Assembly: GCA_964575095.1 (NCBI GenBank)
Contig: CAZNPA010000006.1
Location: 8,361 to 72,360, forward strand
Length of the DNA stretch: 64,000 nucleotides
Source: an uncultured Rickettsiales bacterium
GTDB lineage: Bacteria > Pseudomonadota > Alphaproteobacteria > Rickettsiales > SXRF01
Direction: 5' to 3'
Shown here: positions 30,995-40,713 of the stretch, piece by piece
Position numbering within the stretch: the stretch's first letter is position 1
Layout of the letters: every line of letters begins with the position of its first letter
Notes under the pieces: generated by a model
Database searches by the model: none
Told to the model about the DNA's origin: nothing
What the model saw: only the letters and a program-made list of their open reading frames with translations
Position numbers and translations under genes: made by a program

Positions 30995-31825
30995 TTACCA
31001 GGCCAGCGCCGGCATCACGTATTTCGGCATGGCGTTTAGTTCTTTGCATAACACCTCGACGGCTGCCGGCGATTCTTTCTTGATGATGCCGCCGGTGACC
31101 AGCACCGCATCCAGCCCAAAACCCACCGCACCGGCAATATCGGTGGCGATGCCGTCGCCGATGGCCAGTACGCGATTTTTTGCTATGGGCTTCAGCGACT
31201 GCAGGCAATATTTATAGGTATCGGCAAACGGCTTGCCGAAATATTTGACCTCGCCGCCCAGGCGCTCGTAATCGGCGGCAATGACGCCGGCGCAGGCAAA
31301 CCGCTCGCCGGAGATTTTTACCACCTCGAAATCGGGATTGAGGCAGAGCATGGGAATCGTTTGCGCTTTCGCCGCGCGCAAGACCGGCTGCCAGTCATCG
31401 GCGGAATCCTGCTCGCTGCCGAAGCCGACATTGAGCAGAAAATCGCATTGCTTGATGTCATCGGTACGTTTGTAATCGAGGCCGTTTAAAATATCGGCGT
31501 CCTTGGAAGGGCCGATGTAAAAATAGCGTTTTCCCCACGGCGCTTTGCCGCTTTCCAGCCACTGATATCCCAACTCGCCGGAGGTCAGCACCTGCTCATA
31601 GAGCGCCGGTTCGATGCCGAGTTGCGTCAGCACTTTGGCCGCTTTCATCGCACGGCGCGGCGCATTGGAGAGCATGATGATTTTCTTTTTCGCCTTCTTT
31701 ACATGCTCCAGCGTTTCACGCACGCCAGGATAAAGTTGCGAGCCGTCATGCACCACGCCCCAGAGATCGAGCAGCAGCGCGTCGTAGTTGGAAATAATGG
31801 TGGAGAGACGAGTGATGGATTTCAT
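30995..31825 (-). CDS. HAD-superfamily hydrolase, subfamily IIA
   Basis: Contains LLLDLWGVVHDG (DxxG nucleophile motif), SNAPR and AIGDGIATDI. Start chosen at MKSITRL because the longer ORF reads into a repeat element. Confidence 0.8.
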   Translation of the reverse strand: MKSITRLSTIISNYDALLLDLWGVVHDGSQLYPGVRETLEHVKKAKKKIIMLSNAPRRAMKAAKVLTQLGIEPALYEQVLTSGELGYQWLESGKAPWGKRYFYIGPSKDADILNGLDYKRTDDIKQCDFLLNVGFGSEQDSADDWQPVLRAAKAQTIPMLCLNPDFEVVKISGERFACAGVIAADYERLGGEVKYFGKPFADTYKYCLQSLKPIAKNRVLAIGDGIATDIAGAVGFGLDAVLVTGGIIKKESPAAVEVLCKELNAMPKYVMPALAW

Positions 31826-31830
31826 GCACA

Positions 31831-31935
31831 TATCATCCTGAGCGGAATAAGCGGCATAGCCGCGAATGAAGTCGAAGGATCTTTTTCGGGGCAATAGCAA
31901 AGATCCTTCGACTCGCTGCGCTCGCTCAGGATAAC
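31831..31935. repeat. Palindromic intergenic element (ATCCTGAGCG...GAAGGATC type)
   Basis: ATCCTGAGCGGAATAAGCGGC...GTCGAAGGATCTTTTTCGGGGCAATAGCAAAGATCCTTCGAC...CGCTCAGGAT. Long imperfect inverted repeat between the HAD-hydrolase gene and the lysK stop. Confidence 0.7.
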
Positions 31936-31940
31936 AGTGC

Positions 31941-33533
31941 TCACGCCGCCAAATTCTCCTTAGCCAATACTCGCCTAATCAGCTTCGCCGTTTCCGCTTT
32001 GCCGTAAAGCGCGACAAACGAGCCCATGCGCGGGCCTTGCGGTTGCCCCAGCAGCGTTTCGTACATTGTCGAAAACCAGCCTTTGAGCTCTTTGAACGGA
32101 TGACGTTTGCCGATTTCGTAGATTTCGGTTTGCAGCGTTTCGGCGGTGACATCGGCCGGCGCTTTTTCGAGATACTCGGCGAGCTCGGCGAGCGCCTTGG
32201 TTTCCATCTCGTCCGGGAAGCGGAATTTTTTGGTCGGCTTCACGAAGTCGATATAATAATTCACTGCGCCGTTCACCAGCTCATCGAGGAACGGGTGCGT
32301 GGCCGGTGAAAACTGCGGTTGGTAGCTGGTGATAAATCCCCACAGCACTTTCGGATCTTCGGTGTTGGCGACACCGGCCAGATTGAGCAGCAGATTGAAT
32401 GACGGAATCCCTTCCGGCTTGGGCGGCTTGCTAGAATGGACATGCCACACGGGATTATTCAGCCGCGCCGCCGCATCTTCCTTCTCGAATTTTTCGAGGA
32501 AGGTTTGGTAATCGTCCGTCGCGCGCGGGATGACGTCGAAATAAAGCCGCTTGGCCGTGCGCGGCTTGTTGTACATGTAATAGGCGAGGCTTTCCTTGGG
32601 CGCATAACGCAGCCACTGCTCGATCGAAATACCGTTGCCTTTCGACTTGGAAATTTTCTTGCCCTCTTCGTCCAAAAACATTTCATAGACGAAACCTTCC
32701 GGCGGCTTGCCACCCAACACTTCGCAAATGCCGTTATAAAGCGGCGCCGAGGGCTGGTGGTCCTTGCCGAACATCTCGTAATCGACGTCGAGCGCCGCCC
32801 AGCGCATGCCGAAATCCGGCTTCCACTGCAGTTTGCAATGACCGCCGGTGACCGGCACGGTGGTTTCCGTTCCGTCTTCGTCTTTAAAAGTAATCGTTCC
32901 CGCTTTGAGATCGCGCGCGGTGACCGGCACCTGCAACACTTTCCCCGTCTTGGGCGAAATCGGAAGGAACGGGCTATAGGTGCTGGCGCGTTCGTCGCCG
33001 AGCGTAGGAATCATCAGCGCCATGATGTCGTCGTATTTTTCAAGACACTTGAGCAGCGTTTTGTCGTAGACGCCTTTTTTATAGTTCTCGGTCGAGCTAT
33101 GGAATTCGTACTCAAAACCATAATGGTCGAGAAAGCCGCAGAGCCGCGCGTTCATGTGCGCGCCGTAGCTTTCGTGCGTGCCGAACGGGTCGGGAATGGC
33201 GGTTAAGGGCTTATCCATGTGCGAGGCCACCATTTCTTTATTCGGAACATTGTCCGGCACTTTGCGCAGGCCGTCCATGTCGTCGGAGATGCAAAACATT
33301 TTGGTGGGAATGTCGGAGAGCGTTTCAAACGCGTGGCGCACCAATGTCGTCCGGAATACTTCCATGAACGTGCCGATGTGCGGCAGGCCCGATGGGCCGT
33401 AGCCGGTCTCGAACAGCGCGTAGCCTTTTTTCGGCGCGCCGCTTTTGAAGCGCTCGACGAGCTTCCGCGCTTCCTCAAACGGCCAGGCGTTGCTTTTTGT
33501 AGCCAATTCTTTGATAGTTTCCATAGGGGCCAT
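31941..33533 (-). CDS. lysK: Lysine--tRNA ligase, class I
   Basis: 530 aa with GYGPSGLPHIGTFMEV (HIGH-like), KISKSKGNG (KMSKS) and the N-terminal WPFEEARKL typical of class I LysRS. Confidence 0.93.
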   Translation of the reverse strand: MAPMETIKELATKSNAWPFEEARKLVERFKSGAPKKGYALFETGYGPSGLPHIGTFMEVFRTTLVRHAFETLSDIPTKMFCISDDMDGLRKVPDNVPNKEMVASHMDKPLTAIPDPFGTHESYGAHMNARLCGFLDHYGFEYEFHSSTENYKKGVYDKTLLKCLEKYDDIMALMIPTLGDERASTYSPFLPISPKTGKVLQVPVTARDLKAGTITFKDEDGTETTVPVTGGHCKLQWKPDFGMRWAALDVDYEMFGKDHQPSAPLYNGICEVLGGKPPEGFVYEMFLDEEGKKISKSKGNGISIEQWLRYAPKESLAYYMYNKPRTAKRLYFDVIPRATDDYQTFLEKFEKEDAAARLNNPVWHVHSSKPPKPEGIPSFNLLLNLAGVANTEDPKVLWGFITSYQPQFSPATHPFLDELVNGAVNYYIDFVKPTKKFRFPDEMETKALAELAEYLEKAPADVTAETLQTEIYEIGKRHPFKELKGWFSTMYETLLGQPQGPRMGSFVALYGKAETAKLIRRVLAKENLAA

Positions 33534-33554
33534 TGGTTACCACGCAGACAACGG

Positions 33555-35732
33555 TTAATCAACCCGCACATGGCGTTTGCGCCATTGTTTGTAGAAGTCG
33601 CGGCTTAGGGTTAAATCGGGGTATTGACGCAGGGTTGGCGTGAAATGATAGGGGTCGGGCTTGCCGTTTTCGGCCAATGTGTGCTGGCGGAAGGCCTCGT
33701 CTTCGGCGCTGTGCAGAAAACAGACCAGTACATAACGCTCGCCTTTGGCGACGGGCAGCGCCTCGTGCAGCGTCGCGCCGGAAAAAGCGATGGCGCCGCC
33801 GGCGGGCGGGCGGTAGATGTCGCGGCCGTATTCGGGGAAGACCAGTCCGCCGCCTTCATAATCATCGTTCAAGTGCACGGTAGCGGCGACGCGGCGGTAA
33901 CCGAGGTTGCTCTCGAAATTATCGCGGTGCTGCCTGAAGAACCCGCCCTTCTCGCCCGAATACATGCCGATTTTATAGGTCTCGCGGTGCGTGACTTCGA
34001 AGCCGAATATTTTCTGCACCTCAGGAAAAAAGCTGCGCGAGAGCTTATCGTCAAGCTCAGCCAATAACTCGCCGCCGACGATATGGTCGGTGCGCACTTT
34101 GTTCTGCGGCTGGTAGGCGATGCCGGAACCAACGCTGCCTTCGAACGTATAACCACCTTTGAATGTTTCGATGCATTTTCTACATTGCTCCGGCGTCAGC
34201 ACGTTGGGAACCATCAGCGCCGGCGCCGTAGAGGTAATGATTTTCGGCCGGGCATGTTCGCGTTGATATTCCACGACAATCACTCGCGTTTCCTCGGCGA
34301 TGTCGCGCGCCAGCTGGATGGCGCCGGGACCGGTGTGACGCCGCACGATGCGAAGATCGGGATCGAGCAGGTAACCCGCCGCCATGCCGGGCATAAGGCC
34401 GAAGGCGCGCGCGATGCGGCGCTCCGGATCCGCCGACAGCAGATGCGGGATGGCATGGATTTTTTTCAGCGCCAATAATTGCTCCATCGTGGCATCGAGA
34501 ATAAATAATTGCCGCGCATCGGTGGGGTGCTGTTGCATCTCGCGGAAAAACGCCAGCAAGAATTCGATATTATAGGCGGGCAGAAAAAACAGCAGAGAGT
34601 GCCGCCCGCCATTAAGCTCGATGCTCTGGCGTTTGCCTTCGGTGTTTTCGGCAATGAAGAGCGGCACGAAATCCCCGGCTTCGAGCATGGCCGGTACGGG
34701 TACGGCCGGCGGCTGGCTATTTAGTTCCGGCGGCTGGATGGGCGTACTGCGGTATTTTTTTAAATCCTTGATGAACCAGCCGCGCAATGCTTTTTCCGAC
34801 GCAATCTTGCGCGTAAAATCGATGCCGCAATACTCTTCGTATTGTTGGAGCGTGCGCGCGATCCCCAACCCGTAGGTTTTCAGTTCGCTGGTGACGGCAA
34901 GATCATCCGACGCACGGTAGCCGGAAAGATGATTGAAGCGCCTAAGGCCGCGGTCGCGCAGGAAATCCACCTTTCGCCGGTCATTCTGGCGCAGGTCCTG
35001 CCAGTGCAGCGGACGGGCGCTTTGTTCGCCGGTATTGTAATAATGATAGAGGAATTGCGTGCGGCTGCTGAAAATATCCCAGCCGTGCGTATAAAGTCGC
35101 ATGGCGTAGCAGATCTCTTCCTGGTCGAAATAAAGATAGGGATCGTACGGCACCTCTTCGATGATGTTCGAGCGCGCGAACACAAATCCACCGGCGATGA
35201 AAGCGCCGTTCAGCGGCTGTTCCGGAATGCGCTCCAGCGCCTCGCCCTGCCCGCGGATGTTGCCGTCGGGCGTGAAGGGCTTGACGCGACGCACGGTCGG
35301 CCACACGGGTTGCTGCAAATTATTAGGCGGCGTGTAGGAGGCAGGGCTGCACGACAAAACCGATTTTTCGGCATCGCATGCCGCAAGCTCGTTGATCATC
35401 TGTGCATCCCAGCCGGGCACGAAGCGCATGTGCGAATCGATCTGCAGTGCATATTCCTCGCCGTCCCAAAGCAACTGAGATTGGCGGCGCGCCCAGCACA
35501 CGCCCTCAGACTCGCGCCAGTCGACGGGAAAGATGCGCACCTGATCCGGCCGGGTCACGATTTCAAAACAGTGCTTATCCAGCTCGTGGTCGAACTGCCA
35601 GCAGATGCCGACCGTGACGAGTTCCGGATGCAGGGCGCGGTCGAATAAATCTTTGACCGTCCACTGGCATTCCGGATCGCGGTAGCTGGCAATGTTGACG
35701 AATATGCGCGGCGCGGCGGCGCTCATATACAT
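33555..35732 (-). CDS. Tri-modular protein: GT60/Gnt1-like GlcNAc-transferase + redoxin-like module + prolyl-4-hydroxylase-type 2OG-Fe(II) oxygenase
   Basis: N-terminus: IFVNIASYRDPECQWT, QIDSHMRFVPGWD, GAFIAGGFVFAR. Middle: GDFVPLF...HSLLFFLPAYN. C-terminus: FFRQHRDN (HxD), ATLHEALPV (distal His), KGERYVLVCFL. Confidence 0.7.
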   Translation of the reverse strand: MYMSAAAPRIFVNIASYRDPECQWTVKDLFDRALHPELVTVGICWQFDHELDKHCFEIVTRPDQVRIFPVDWRESEGVCWARRQSQLLWDGEEYALQIDSHMRFVPGWDAQMINELAACDAEKSVLSCSPASYTPPNNLQQPVWPTVRRVKPFTPDGNIRGQGEALERIPEQPLNGAFIAGGFVFARSNIIEEVPYDPYLYFDQEEICYAMRLYTHGWDIFSSRTQFLYHYYNTGEQSARPLHWQDLRQNDRRKVDFLRDRGLRRFNHLSGYRASDDLAVTSELKTYGLGIARTLQQYEEYCGIDFTRKIASEKALRGWFIKDLKKYRSTPIQPPELNSQPPAVPVPAMLEAGDFVPLFIAENTEGKRQSIELNGGRHSLLFFLPAYNIEFLLAFFREMQQHPTDARQLFILDATMEQLLALKKIHAIPHLLSADPERRIARAFGLMPGMAAGYLLDPDLRIVRRHTGPGAIQLARDIAEETRVIVVEYQREHARPKIITSTAPALMVPNVLTPEQCRKCIETFKGGYTFEGSVGSGIAYQPQNKVRTDHIVGGELLAELDDKLSRSFFPEVQKIFGFEVTHRETYKIGMYSGEKGGFFRQHRDNFESNLGYRRVAATVHLNDDYEGGGLVFPEYGRDIYRPPAGGAIAFSGATLHEALPVAKGERYVLVCFLHSAEDEAFRQHTLAENGKPDPYHFTPTLRQYPDLTLSRDFYKQWRKRHVRVD

Positions 35733-35790
35733 GCATCCTCAGGGTGAAGAGGCAGGTATACACCCGCAAAACGCTGGTAGGAAGGCGTTT

Positions 35791-36660
35791 TTACAGCCCG
35801 GCGACGCTGCGGCTCAGGTATTTATGCGGGTCGATGGCGTCTTTGCCCTCGCGCACGGAGAAGTGCAGCTGCGGCTCCTTGACGTTGCCGGTCGATCCGA
35901 CATAGCCGATGATGTCGCCCTGCTTCACGCGCTCATATTTATCGACGGTGGCGCGTGAGAGGTGCGCGTACGACGTGCTCTTGTCACCGGCGTGTTTTAC
36001 CAGCACCATGTTGCCGTAGCCCTGCAGGTCGTTGCCGGAATAGACGACTTCACCGTCGGCCGCCGCCCATACCGGTTCGCCTTCACCGGCGGCGATGTTG
36101 ATGCCGTCATTGGCCTTGCCGCCGCCCTTGGGCCCGAAACCTGAAATCACTTTGCTGTTGCTGACCGGCCAGATGAAATTATCCGATGGCGCCTGCTGGT
36201 CGCTGGAAAGTTTCACCGGCTTGGTGACGATCTTGGTCGCGCCGTCGTCGCTGACGAATTCCTGACGCGGCCTACCCGTCCACGGGTTGATTTTTTGAAT
36301 ATTGGAAGAGGCCTGCTGGTCTTTTATGCTACCGGCGCTGGGCGATAACGTGCCGGGATTACTATTTACATTGGAAGCTACCACCTGCGGTTTTTGCGCC
36401 TGCGGTTGCGGCGGCGTGTTTAAATCATTGATCGCGATCGGCGCGACGCTGGCATATTCATCGGTCGAAAGTTTCACCGGCTCGGACGGTTGCGCCGTGT
36501 ATTGGAACTGGTTGCTGCTGCCGGAGAAAAACGCGACCTGCGTGGAAGCGCGGCCGTACACATTCTGGCCTTTCATGTCGACATGGGCCGCCGGTTGCGT
36601 GCAGGCGGCGGTCAAAAACAGGGAGACGGTGGCGGTAGCGCGAACGATGGAACGCGGCAT
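35791..36660 (-). CDS. M23 (LytM-domain) peptidase lipoprotein, NlpD-like
   Basis: Lipobox LTAAC, a low-complexity linker, and a C-terminal LytM core with HAGDKSTSYAHLS, GYVGSTGNVKEPQLHFSVREG. Confidence 0.85.
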   Translation of the reverse strand: MPRSIVRATATVSLFLTAACTQPAAHVDMKGQNVYGRASTQVAFFSGSSNQFQYTAQPSEPVKLSTDEYASVAPIAINDLNTPPQPQAQKPQVVASNVNSNPGTLSPSAGSIKDQQASSNIQKINPWTGRPRQEFVSDDGATKIVTKPVKLSSDQQAPSDNFIWPVSNSKVISGFGPKGGGKANDGINIAAGEGEPVWAAADGEVVYSGNDLQGYGNMVLVKHAGDKSTSYAHLSRATVDKYERVKQGDIIGYVGSTGNVKEPQLHFSVREGKDAIDPHKYLSRSVAGL

Positions 36661-36788
36661 AAGAATATCCTCTTGCTCGGGTTATACCCTCTAGGGGTAT
36701 ATCGGGAACGTTAAAAAAACGTAAACGAAACGGCTTAAAATGAGGGTTATGGGCGGTTTGTCCGCAAACGTGGCCGGAAACGCACAGC

Positions 36789-37567
<779 letters not shown>

Positions 37568-37571
<4 letters not shown>

Positions 37572-38209
37572 GGCGTTTTCCGCTCCGGTGCGGGCGCGGG
37601 TGCCGGCGTTTTATTTTCCGGCTCTTTCTTTTTATCGGGAATGAACAGCGCGCGCACGCGTTGCCTACTCTTGTCGCCGGGCTCGGCGGACGGCGCATTG
37701 TCGCTGGTGACCACCGTTTTTCCGGTGGCCATGTTATACGTCAGGTGATCGCCTTTCAGCGTATTCTTTTCCTTAGTCAGCACGACGTTGGTATTGAGCA
37801 CGATCTCGTGGTGCTCGACGTCATAGACGCCGCTCATGCCGCTGGCGGTTTCGGTCGGCGTGGCCAGCAGCACGTTCTGCTCGACCTCGATGCGACGGAT
37901 GGCGCCCTGCGTCATGTCGTCCTCGGTCTTATCTTTTTTATCCCTGGGCTTTTTAGTGACGCCCCCTTCTTCCTGCTTGGTGTAGAACACCATCATCTTA
38001 TCCGCCGTCAGGCGCGTTTCGCCCTGAATGGCGACAACATGGCCGGTGAATACGGCGCGGTTCTCTTCCTGAAACACTTCGAGCTTGTCGGCGGTGATAT
38101 CGATCGGCGCGTTGCTGCGCTGGACGTTGAGCGGCGGTGTGGCGGCGTGCACCGGCGCGGCGAGAAACGCGGCACCGGCGATAACAAATATAAAATTCCT
38201 ATTTCCCAT
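37568..38209 (-). CDS. lptA: LPS transport periplasmic protein LptA (OstA-like)
   Basis: Signal peptide, OstA-fold repeats (IDITADKLEV...AVFTGHVVA...GDHLTYNMATGK) and a Pro/Lys-rich tail. Confidence 0.85.
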
Positions 38210-38816
38210 GGTACAATCTCATTTTTACCGAACCGTCGAAGCGTATGGTACGCCCGTTCTCGGCGACATGGAAACTATCGGCTTCCAACGTGCCGGCCGG
38301 CCCCTGCCCTTCGACATGCGCATCACCGTACGCAGCCCCTGCCGGAATGTCAACATGGGCATGGTCGGTGCGCATTTCATAACCGCCTTCGTAAAATAAA
38401 TCGACGCCGCCGGTCAGGTCCAGTTGTTTCGTCTGCGTATTGAGCACGCCGGCCTTGGCGTTGAGCGCCACCCATTTGCCGTTTTGCTGTGTCATGTCGG
38501 CACGGATATTATCCATCGAAATCGTGTCAGCGTCCACCTGCGTTGCCCGGTCGGCGATCACGGTGTAGGGCTGGTTGTGTGCGTCGAGCCCCTGGTAATG
38601 CGGTTTCAGCATCACGTTCTGCGTGCCGGTGATGGCCTGCTGCGGCAGGTTGGTGAAGACGATGCGCTTGCTGTCGCCGCCGGTATTATCCGCCGCGATC
38701 CAGACGACGATGGCGACAATCGCCGCGATCAACACCCACAAAAAATGTTTGCCGAAAATCACGAACCGCGTGTAGCGGACGACGGGCGTCATTACGCGAT
38801 GCCCGCTCTTAAGCAA
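38199..38816 (-). CDS. lptC: LPS export system protein LptC
   Basis: N-terminal TM anchor plus a beta-jellyroll. Located between kdsD and lptA. Confidence 0.8.
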   Translation of the reverse strand: MLKSGHRVMTPVVRYTRFVIFGKHFLWVLIAAIVAIVVWIAADNTGGDSKRIVFTNLPQQAITGTQNVMLKPHYQGLDAHNQPYTVIADRATQVDADTISMDNIRADMTQQNGKWVALNAKAGVLNTQTKQLDLTGGVDLFYEGGYEMRTDHAHVDIPAGAAYGDAHVEGQGPAGTLEADSFHVAENGRTIRFDGSVKMRLYHGK

Positions 38817-39769
38817 TCATGGATATGTAAAATACCCACCGGCTTTCCGCTCTCTACCGCAAACAGGCTGGTGATCGAATGCTCGTTCATGGTCGCCAGC
38901 GCCTCGACCGCTAGCTGGCGCGCGCGGATGGTCAGCGGTTTCTTGGTCATCACCTGCGACGCTTTTTTCTCCAGCAGCTTGGGATGCATGTGGCGGCGCA
39001 GATCGCCGTCGGTGATGATGCCCAGTAATTTTCCCTTGCCGTCGACGACGCCGGCGCAACCGAAGCGCTTGGCGGTGATGACGAGCAGCACGTCACGCAT
39101 GGCGGCGTTTTCCTTGACCAGCGGCAGCTCTTTGCCGACATGCATCAAATCTTCGACGCGCAGGAACGCCTTGCCCAGCTTGCCGCCGGGATGGAAGACG
39201 GAAAAATCGTCACGCGTGAACCCGCGCCGCTCAACCAGCGCGATGGCAATCGCATCGCCCAAGCCCATCATCATTGTCGTCGAGGTGGTGGGCGCGTCGG
39301 TGGGCGGCGCTTCGGGAATGGCAGGCAGCACCAGTGCGATGTCGGCATCCTTCACCAGCATCGAACCGGCGCGGCGCACGACACCGATCAGCGGGATCGA
39401 AAAGCGTTTGCAGTAGGCGATGATGTCGGAAAGCTCCGCTGTTTCGCCGGAGTTGGAAAGCGCCAGCACTGCATCGTCTTTGGCGATCATGCCAAGGTCG
39501 CCGTGGCTGGCTTCGCCGGGATGCACGAAATGCGACGCTGTGCCGGTTGAGGCAAACGTCGCCGCGATTTTTCGCGCAATATGCCCGGATTTTCCCATGC
39601 CGGTGACGATGACGCGGCCTTTGATATCGGCGATGCACGACACCGCCCGCGCGAAATCCTCGCCCAGCGATTCGGAAAGCGCCTTCAAACCTTTGATTTC
39701 CTGCTCCAGCACCGCCTTACCGCGCGCGATGTCATTGGCAACAGTATTTTGTTTTAGTTTTAATTTCAT
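38792..39769 (-). CDS. kdsD: Arabinose-5-phosphate isomerase (KpsF/GutQ/KdsD family)
   Basis: SIS domain (VTGMGKSGHIARKIAATFASTG, SNSGET) plus tandem CBS domains. Confidence 0.93.
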   Translation of the reverse strand: MKLKLKQNTVANDIARGKAVLEQEIKGLKALSESLGEDFARAVSCIADIKGRVIVTGMGKSGHIARKIAATFASTGTASHFVHPGEASHGDLGMIAKDDAVLALSNSGETAELSDIIAYCKRFSIPLIGVVRRAGSMLVKDADIALVLPAIPEAPPTDAPTTSTTMMMGLGDAIAIALVERRGFTRDDFSVFHPGGKLGKAFLRVEDLMHVGKELPLVKENAAMRDVLLVITAKRFGCAGVVDGKGKLLGIITDGDLRRHMHPKLLEKKASQVMTKKPLTIRARQLAVEALATMNEHSITSLFAVESGKPVGILHIHDCLRAGIA

Positions 39770-39780
39770 AATATTTTTTT

Positions 39781-39827
39781 GTCATCCCTGCGCAAGCGAG
39801 AGTCCAGACCCCGCAACAAGTGCGGGG
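39781..39827. repeat. GTCATCCCTGCG-type repeat fused to a CCCCGC...GCGGGG hairpin
   Basis: GTCATCCCTGCGCAAGCGAG...CCCCGCAACAAGTGCGGGG. The first half belongs to the 24-nt hairpin family. The second hairpin resembles the one at 55357-55375 after lpdA. Confidence 0.65.
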
Positions 39828-39829
39828 AG

Positions 39830-40495
39830 TTAAGTGTGGGCAAAAATATCCTGATCCGCCCAGCCTGCTAAATCTAACTCTGCACGGTAGGGTAAAAATC
39901 CGCAGCAGGCGGCGAGCAATTCTTCGCGGCCTTCGCGGGCGATCATGGTGTCAAGTTTCGCTTTGAGCTTGTGCAGGTGCAGCACGTCGGCAGCGGCGTA
40001 ATCGATCTGGTCCTGCGACAGCGATTGAGCGCCCCAGTCCGAGGTTTGCTGCTGTTTGGAGATATCGACGCCCAGAAGTTCCTTGCAGATTTCCTTGTAG
40101 CCGTGCTTGTCGGTGTAAGTGCGGCAGAGACGCGATGCCGTGCGGGTGCAATAGACAGGCGCGACGCGGATGCCGAGATATTCGCGGATGATGGCAAGAT
40201 CGAAGCGCGCGAAATGGAAAATTTTAGTGCGCTTGGCGTCGGTGAGCAACTTTACCAGATTGGGCGCTTTATATACGCCCTTCTCGAACTGCACCAGATG
40301 CGCGTCGCCGTTGCCGTCGGACAATTGGACGAGGCATAGCCGGTCGCGCTTGTTGTTAAGCCCCATCGCTTCGGTATCGACGGCGATGTCGCCTTTCAGG
40401 ATCACGCTCGCGGGCAAATCGCCTTTATGCAGATGATTGGTGATGGTACTTCTCCTTTGATAAAAAAAACAAATGATGGAACGTTTGTAACTCAT
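39830..40495 (-). CDS. rnd: 3'-5' exonuclease, small RNase D-like (DEDD family)
   Basis: Contains IAVDTEAMGL (exo I), HFARFDL (exo II) and YAAADVLHL (exo III). The start is uncertain: ATG at 40495, or ATC at 40444 preceded by AAGGAG. Confidence 0.8.
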   Translation of the reverse strand: MSYKRSIICFFYQRRSTITNHLHKGDLPASVILKGDIAVDTEAMGLNNKRDRLCLVQLSDGNGDAHLVQFEKGVYKAPNLVKLLTDAKRTKIFHFARFDLAIIREYLGIRVAPVYCTRTASRLCRTYTDKHGYKEICKELLGVDISKQQQTSDWGAQSLSQDQIDYAAADVLHLHKLKAKLDTMIAREGREELLAACCGFLPYRAELDLAGWADQDIFAHT

Positions 40496-40713
40496 TAAGA
40501 AGGCACGGCAAGTCAAATTCTATATGTTACAATTATGCCGCAAAAAGGCTGATTCGTGGCCGTTTTTAATGGTTTATTAAGGCCGGATATGCTAACCTGC
40601 TGTTTATAAAATATTATATAAACTTTACCGATGCAACGGCTGATTTTAATCCTAACAAAAATTTAAGAGTATTTTCTTAGACTTAGTAACGTAAAATCAC
40701 TCTGTATCGGCGC

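Noticed and set aside
40602-40623. Inverted repeat GTTTATA-N8-TATAAAC in the AT-rich tolC upstream region, considered as a possible TetR-type operator.
   Set aside because: No regulator gene is adjacent, and a 7-bp AT-only palindrome in AT-rich DNA is easily a chance event. Noted only as a possible operator.
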